Shown piece by piece: positions 50,515-55,281 of a DNA stretch of 55,281 nucleotides. Every line of letters begins with the position of its first letter. Position 1 is the first letter of the stretch. The notes beneath the pieces are model-generated. The model saw only the letters and a program-made list of their open reading frames with translations, did not search any database and was not told where the DNA came from. The stretch is from an uncultured Gammaproteobacteria bacterium (GTDB lineage: Bacteria > Patescibacteriota > Microgenomatia > Daviesbacterales > UBA10151): contig CAZYBP010000002.1 in the NCBI GenBank assembly GCA_964645555.1, forward strand, positions 1 to 55,281, written 5' to 3'. The position numbers and the translations under genes are program-made.

Positions 50515-51961
50515 AATGATAAATAAAACCTACCCCGTTGAAATTTTGAATATCTGTTTGTTTATAATCTAAATCTCCCAATTTTTTAGCTACCAATCTT
50601 TGGGGATCGCTAATTTGTACCAGATAATCCACCAGATAAACCTCCTGGTAATCTTTTAACAAATCCGCCAAATCAACAATCTCATCTTCACTGTTGGCCG
50701 GAAAATTTTTTAAGGCTCCCTTTGCATTTAAGGTATTTCCGGCGTAGTAATCAAACGGAGGTAGTGTACCGGAGCTCTCAAATAAAATCATTGCCCTTTT
50801 ATTGGTTAAAAACTTTACTACTCCTCTCCAGTCTTCCCTTTGAAAGACAGGATTTGTCAGATAAATTAAACTGGAAACCAGTTGTATTAGTATTACCATT
50901 ATCAAAAAAAGGTATCTAAGCTTACCTTTAAAGGATAATATCCCAAATGAGGTTAATACAAGAAAACCGGGTAGAACGGGCAGCAACCTAAAATAACTAT
51001 AGACCGGAATAAAAAGGGAAGTTATTATTCCCAAAAAAATGGGAATGGCAATCCACATCAAAAGCAATTTTTTGCTCAGGTTATCAGAGGCCCTGATTGC
51101 TCTTAGTAAAAGAACAGCAAAGAGGCTACAAATAGGCAGCAAAATTAGGCCATATATGAATTTATCGGCTAAACTTATTCTACCTATAATAAACTTTACA
51201 AAGGTAAGCGGCAGGGCTTTAAAATCAAAACCCCCCACCACAAATTTCCAGGTAGGTAAATTAGCCGATGCCACCGCTCCTACATCCAGTTGATTCAAAA
51301 ATACCGGCACCCACCAAATACCCAAAGCAACTGCCAAAAGTAAAGCCGTCAGCCACTTTTTAAAAATCTCTCCCCTTTTCAGAATTAATATCAGGGCAAA
51401 TTGCGCAGGAAAGATAAAATAGGAAATATAATCGGCAGATAAAACCCCTATATTACTTAGTATCAAAAGGATCGGATTTAATTTTTCTCCCTTAATCAGT
51501 TTTATCAGCAGAAAAATATTAATTGAAACTGCCATTGTTGCCAAAGCATACATCCGCGCATCCTGACTATAGTAAATATGTAGCGGGTTAACGCTTAAAA
51601 GTAATGCGGAGAGTAAACCTAGATTTTTAGAGATTAATTTTTTTCCAATAAGGTAAGTGAAATAAAGTGTGACAACCCCAAAAATTACTGCAGGTAATCT
51701 GACAACAATCTCGGAATAACCAAATATTTTTCCAAAGTTCCATAAAATTATAAACCAACCCGGCGGGTGGAAATCAGCCACAGCATACTGCGTTATCATC
51801 CCGTAAAAAGAATAGCTTTTGGCGGCCATCACATTAATAGCCTCATCCAACCGCAAGCTCTGGTTCAAGCTAATAAGACGCAATGTTATTCCTAAAGATA
51901 GAATCAACCAAATCATAATTTTTACTGAAATGAGTTCCGGGTCTGATTTTCTAACTCCCAA
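50498..51961 (-). CDS. GT-C fold membrane glycosyltransferase (GT39/ArnT-PMT_2-like)
   Basis: LRLISLNQSLRLDEAINVMAAKS DE-loop motif, multi-TM, with a soluble C-terminal domain. The TTG start at 51961 overlaps the upstream GT2 by 40 nt, so the ATG at 51916 is an equally plausible start. Confidence 0.7.
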   Translation of the reverse strand: MGVRKSDPELISVKIMIWLILSLGITLRLISLNQSLRLDEAINVMAAKSYSFYGMITQYAVADFHPPGWFIILWNFGKIFGYSEIVVRLPAVIFGVVTLYFTYLIGKKLISKNLGLLSALLLSVNPLHIYYSQDARMYALATMAVSINIFLLIKLIKGEKLNPILLILSNIGVLSADYISYFIFPAQFALILILKRGEIFKKWLTALLLAVALGIWWVPVFLNQLDVGAVASANLPTWKFVVGGFDFKALPLTFVKFIIGRISLADKFIYGLILLPICSLFAVLLLRAIRASDNLSKKLLLMWIAIPIFLGIITSLFIPVYSYFRLLPVLPGFLVLTSFGILSFKGKLRYLFLIMVILIQLVSSLIYLTNPVFQREDWRGVVKFLTNKRAMILFESSGTLPPFDYYAGNTLNAKGALKNFPANSEDEIVDLADLLKDYQEVYLVDYLVQISDPQRLVAKKLGDLDYKQTDIQNFNGVGFIYHYVKNE

Positions 51962-52692
51962 AGTTTAATCATTACCTGGAGCTGGTATATCATCATCAAA
52001 AAAGTCAACATAAAGCCGTAAATCCCGTCCAAAAATCCGGCGTGCCTTAGGAATCTGACTAAAAATTCCCTGCTTGGTTTCCAAAAAAAATTAAACCAGG
52101 AAAACCTGACGCCCGTTGCATAAAGATTTTCAGCTTCAATAGAGGAGTACCTGTTTTGTCTTGCTATAAACTCAGCAGCCGAATTATATCCAAAATGCAC
52201 AATTGCCAGGTTTTCTTTTGTTTCCAAATTGAGTACCCTACCAGACACTTTTGGATATTTATGTATTTTTCCATCCCAGCTTACTGACCCTTTTTTAAAA
52301 AAACGGACATGTTTATCCGGCCACCAATTACTGTGGGCAATCCAATAACCAAAGAAAACATTTTTTCTGGGGATATTAACTGCTTGGTATCTATCTTGCA
52401 AAACTATCTCCTTTAACCGTTCCTTAAGTTTCTCACTAACCACTTCATCCGGATCCAGCACTAAAATCCACTCCCCTTGTGCTTTTGAAACAGCTTCATT
52501 TCTCACCTGCTCAACATAAGAAACAAATCTGTGTTTGAAAACTGAAACACCGGATTGCCTGCAAATTTCAATACTTTGATCTTTGGAACCAAGGTCCAAA
52601 ACTACTATCTCACCGGCAAAATTATCCAGGCTTTTTAAACATCTTTTGAGTTTTTCCGCTTCATTAAAATTCACCAGCACTACAGATATCAT
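51922..52692 (-). CDS. GT2 family glycosyltransferase
   Basis: MISVVLVNFNEAEKLKRCLKSL, VVLDLGSKD and LVLDPDE (DXD). Confidence 0.8.
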   Translation of the reverse strand: MISVVLVNFNEAEKLKRCLKSLDNFAGEIVVLDLGSKDQSIEICRQSGVSVFKHRFVSYVEQVRNEAVSKAQGEWILVLDPDEVVSEKLKERLKEIVLQDRYQAVNIPRKNVFFGYWIAHSNWWPDKHVRFFKKGSVSWDGKIHKYPKVSGRVLNLETKENLAIVHFGYNSAAEFIARQNRYSSIEAENLYATGVRFSWFNFFWKPSREFLVRFLRHAGFLDGIYGFMLTFLMMIYQLQVMIKLWELENQTRNSFQ

Positions 52693-52695
52693 CTT

Positions 52696-53643
52696 TCATC
52701 CTTTCGTCATATCCAACATCAACCTCTCATAATCTTTTGTGATCTTTTCCCAGGAAAACTTTTCCGCTTGAGCCCTGGCTTTTCCTGACCAGTCAATTTT
52801 TAAAGCTTTCTCTATGGCTTGGGCGTAGGTTCGAATGTTATCTACATCTGTAAATAACCCCCCATCCCCCACAATCTCTCTTCGGGAACTATCATCCGGT
52901 GCCACTACCCCCAAACCGGAGGCCAATGCTTCCAAATAAACAATACCAAAAGCTTCTCTGTCCCAGGAAGGCAGGCTAAATAAATCACAGGATCTGTACA
53001 CTCCCGGCATATCCTCATAATCGAAGTTTATTATCTTAAACCGCCCATCCAAAACTTCCCTTCCCAACCGTTCCAGGTTCTCTTTTGCCGGTCCTTTGCC
53101 TACGATTAAAACTGACCCCTGCCCAACTTCCCTCACAGCCCTAATCACCCTATCATGATGCTTATACCAAACTAAAGCTCCAACCGATAAGATTATCGGC
53201 CTGGGCAAATTGATATTGATCTTTTGGCCTGTTGGTGCAAATTTATTTAGGTCCACGCCGTTATTTATCTTAACAACCCGACTATTCCATGCCCAATTTT
53301 TAACATACTTTGCCATGTAATCTGTTACTGCTACAAATACATCCGGTTGAACCACCGCTGTATTCCAAATTGCTACCCTACCTATTCCTGCTTCACCAAC
53401 TATTATTAATTTATACCGACTAAAATTGCGCCCTATCGATGCCTTCAAGCCTTGGAGTCCGCCGTTTATAGATACAACAATGTCGTATTTACCATCTAAG
53501 ATCTTTGCCAGTGAATCAGACTGCCTGCCTTTAAAAATATCAACTGCATATTTCTTCATTAGCCTGCTGGACAATTCATAAACAAAACTCTCCGCTCCTC
53601 TTTGAACACTATGCTGGTACCTGCTCAAAAAAAGTATTTTCAT
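52696..53643 (-). CDS. GT4 family glycosyltransferase
   Basis: EAFGIVYLEALASGLGVVAPD motif and FSWEKITKDY tail. Confidence 0.8.
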   Translation of the reverse strand: MKILFLSRYQHSVQRGAESFVYELSSRLMKKYAVDIFKGRQSDSLAKILDGKYDIVVSINGGLQGLKASIGRNFSRYKLIIVGEAGIGRVAIWNTAVVQPDVFVAVTDYMAKYVKNWAWNSRVVKINNGVDLNKFAPTGQKININLPRPIILSVGALVWYKHHDRVIRAVREVGQGSVLIVGKGPAKENLERLGREVLDGRFKIINFDYEDMPGVYRSCDLFSLPSWDREAFGIVYLEALASGLGVVAPDDSSRREIVGDGGLFTDVDNIRTYAQAIEKALKIDWSGKARAQAEKFSWEKITKDYERLMLDMTKG

Positions 53644-55169
53644 CTGTTTTTAATTATATACGCTCTGTACCCGCCCTCTTTAATAGATAAATTACCTGGC
53701 AAATCTTCTTTCAAAGGAATTCTGTCCTCCGATAAAATAACTGTAAACTTTGGCTCTGTCTTACTGATTTCATCAGGATATAACCACCCGAGGTTTTTAT
53801 CAGTATAACTTTGCCCGGGAACACGGCCATAAACTTTAAACAGGTACCTCCAGCCTTCATAATCATGACAAATACCCCTGCCATCAATGGAAAAAGGTTC
53901 ATTTCCCACAACATCCATTACTTTACTAATTAAGTTTTTTTTGGGCCCTAAACTAAATTCATCTGACGTATGTAATACTGTATTAATACCTATGGCACTT
54001 ACTAATATTACCAGAGCTAGTGAAACTAATTGATAGTTTTTTCTAAATGAGCTGATTAGAATTCCGGGAACAAAAGTAAACAACATTAAAAATCCCAAAC
54101 TATAGTATTCATAAGATCCGCCTTGATAGATTATAAAGAAGCAGGCTGCAATTAGTAAAAATATTGCCAATAATTTTTTAGGGGGATTTCTATCTCTAAG
54201 ACTTTCTAACAAAAAAAATAAAAACATAATGAGGGAGACCAAAGATAACCATATCGGAGCATATGTTCTGTTTGTATATCTATCTATGACTTCATAACCA
54301 TTTGATAAAGATAAAGAACTACATCCGAAGTTAATCTCATCAGCATTTGGACTTCCTGATTTTAAATACCAGAATCTTCCCATACTGTCAAAAAGGGTTG
54401 CAAGCTTAGAGAGCGGGTTAAAAGGTATTGTTAACTGATTGTCTTGCCCTGAAAGACGGGTAAAAACTTTCAAATTACTGAAATTGTGATTGAAATCAAA
54501 AACTATAAGCGGCCAATAAAATAGTAAAAATATAACCGAGCATAATAGTAACAACTTGATATCTTTCCAGTATTTACCTTTTATAAAATACCAGATTCCA
54601 ATCAAAAGAAGAGGAAGCGGAGGTAAATGAGTTTCAAATATAGCACCTGCTAATGCCGCATAAAGCAACCACCACCATTTTGAACTTCTTACTAAGATTA
54701 AAGTTAAAAATAACAATAAAATTATCAAATTGGAAAACATAGTATTCCAGTATTTTTGATCATAGAAAACAAATAGCGGTAACGTGGCGTAAAGAGATGA
54801 AGCTATTGTTCCTGTTTTTAGGTTAAACATTCTCTTTCCAACAAAAAAAATAACTACGGTAGTTAATACTCCAAGAAAAGCAGCAAAATAAGCAGTTATC
54901 ATTGGGTCACTTTTCGATAAGGCTATAAGTATTGCTGTAAAGTAGGTAAAATAAGGACCCAAATAAAATTCTATCGCAGCAGCAGGTAATCCGATCCAAA
55001 TAGGATGTAGGTCTTTCACTAAAGTCAACGAATACGTTGCCTGATATTCTTCATCAATGGTAAAAACATAAATATTATCTAATCTATAAAACCTGAGTAA
55101 TGCCGAAAGGCCAACAATAAGAACCAGCAAAAAAAATGTATTATATTTTTTTAAGATATTCATATTCAC
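53640..55169 (-). CDS. GT-C fold membrane glycosyltransferase (GT39/ArnT-PMT_2-like)
   Basis: 509 aa with LRFYRLDNIYVFTIDEEYQATYSL DE-loop motif and multi-TM. The GTG start at 55169 overlaps the upstream stop as GTGA; an alternative ATG lies at 55163. Confidence 0.7.
   Translation of the reverse strand: MNMNILKKYNTFFLLVLIVGLSALLRFYRLDNIYVFTIDEEYQATYSLTLVKDLHPIWIGLPAAAIEFYLGPYFTYFTAILIALSKSDPMITAYFAAFLGVLTTVVIFFVGKRMFNLKTGTIASSLYATLPLFVFYDQKYWNTMFSNLIILLLFLTLILVRSSKWWWLLYAALAGAIFETHLPPLPLLLIGIWYFIKGKYWKDIKLLLLCSVIFLLFYWPLIVFDFNHNFSNLKVFTRLSGQDNQLTIPFNPLSKLATLFDSMGRFWYLKSGSPNADEINFGCSSLSLSNGYEVIDRYTNRTYAPIWLSLVSLIMFLFFLLESLRDRNPPKKLLAIFLLIAACFFIIYQGGSYEYYSLGFLMLFTFVPGILISSFRKNYQLVSLALVILVSAIGINTVLHTSDEFSLGPKKNLISKVMDVVGNEPFSIDGRGICHDYEGWRYLFKVYGRVPGQSYTDKNLGWLYPDEISKTEPKFTVILSEDRIPLKEDLPGNLSIKEGGYRAYIIKNR
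53701..53755. repeat. 55-nt exact direct repeat, internal copy (partner 55227-55281 at the window end)
   Basis: aaatcttctttcaaaggaattctgtcctccgataaaataactgtaaactttggct is identical at both positions. The base before each copy differs (c at 53700, t at 55226). Confidence 0.9.
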
Positions 55170-55281
55170 TTATTTTTTCTGATATATGCCCTGTAACCTC
55201 CTTCCCTAATAGATTGCAGATAAGATAAATCTTCTTTCAAAGGAATTCTGTCCTCCGATAAAATAACTGTAAACTTTGGCT
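55166..55281 (-). CDS. 3' end of a tandem GT-C paralogue (partial, continues beyond the window)
   Basis: The minus strand translates to ...PKFTVILSEDRIPLKEDLSYLQSIREGGYRAYIRKNK*. This parallels the C-terminus of 53640-55169 (PKFTVILSEDRIPLKEDLPGNLSIKEGGYRAYIIKNR*). Confidence 0.7.
   Translation of the reverse strand, partial: PKFTVILSEDRIPLKEDLSYLQSIREGGYRAYIRKNK

Noticed and set aside
53701-53755. The 55-nt exact repeat as a mobile-element terminal repeat or regulatory repeat
   Set aside because: Both copies are in-frame coding sequence at equivalent positions near the C-termini of adjacent paralogous GT-C genes. Paralogy plus gene conversion, or a k-mer-sized assembly boundary, explains it better.
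1-55281. CRISPR arrays, rRNA genes, prophage or transposase genes, and alternative genetic code (UGA recoding as in Gracilibacteria/Absconditabacteria)
   Set aside because: No spaced direct-repeat array or rRNA-like segment is visible, and the non-coding gaps are all 131 nt or shorter. Long ORFs are intact under the standard code, and TGA clearly terminates genes at ATGA/GTGA junctions (for example 22267-22270, 42197-42199, 53640-53642).

Overview
AT-rich, very gene-dense bacterial window that uses the standard genetic code (TGA acts as a stop at several ATGA/GTGA gene junctions). The gene content points to a Patescibacteria/CPR (Microgenomates-like) genome: a reduced dcw/mur cluster, a DUF4012-like protein, many GT-C/GT4 envelope glycosyltransferases, and few Shine-Dalgarno sequences. 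The taxon is inference only.

Layout:
- 1-55: a truncated tRNA-Gly.
- 0.1-6.0 kb: surface-glycan locus 1 (PIG-V-like GT-C, Wzy-like protein, GT2, methyltransferase, Wzx flippase).
- 6.0-10.6 kb: an accessory-looking block. An orphan gene faces a tightly packed five-gene cassette (HD hydrolase, split and order-permuted PEP-type dikinase, minimal nucleotidyltransferase, GNAT) that sits directly behind tRNA-Val.
- 10.6-13.8 kb: lepB, parB, rpmA, rplU and a SEDS gene.
- 13.8-31.8 kb: ileS, then a complete but rearranged division/cell-wall cluster: mraZ-rsmH-ftsL-ftsI-[methyltransferase]-murE-murB(truncated)-murA-murF-mraY-ftsW-murG-ftsQ-ftsA-ftsZ.
- 31.9-36.7 kb: an envelope hypothetical, glyQS, recO and a DUF4012-like protein.
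- 36.7-55.3 kb: an 18.6-kb translationally coupled glycosylation operon with at least 5 GT-C, 7 GT4, 1 GT2, a Wzy-like protein and an acetyltransferase. Its priming phosphoglycosyl transferase is frameshifted in an A7 run.

Every real gene from 11233 to the window end is on the minus strand.

Most interesting items:
- the tRNA-Val-led HD/dikinase/NTase/GNAT cassette;
- a 33-nt REP-like double hairpin present twice, both times next to an apparent gene insertion;
- a 113-bp structured element bounded by inverted repeats, abutting the murE start codon;
- a MurB that lacks its catalytic C-terminal domain;
- MurA with Asp at the fosfomycin-target position;
- a terminal exact repeat of 55 nt that probably marks an assembly break inside tandem GT-C paralogues.

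No CRISPR array, rRNA, integrase or transposase was seen.
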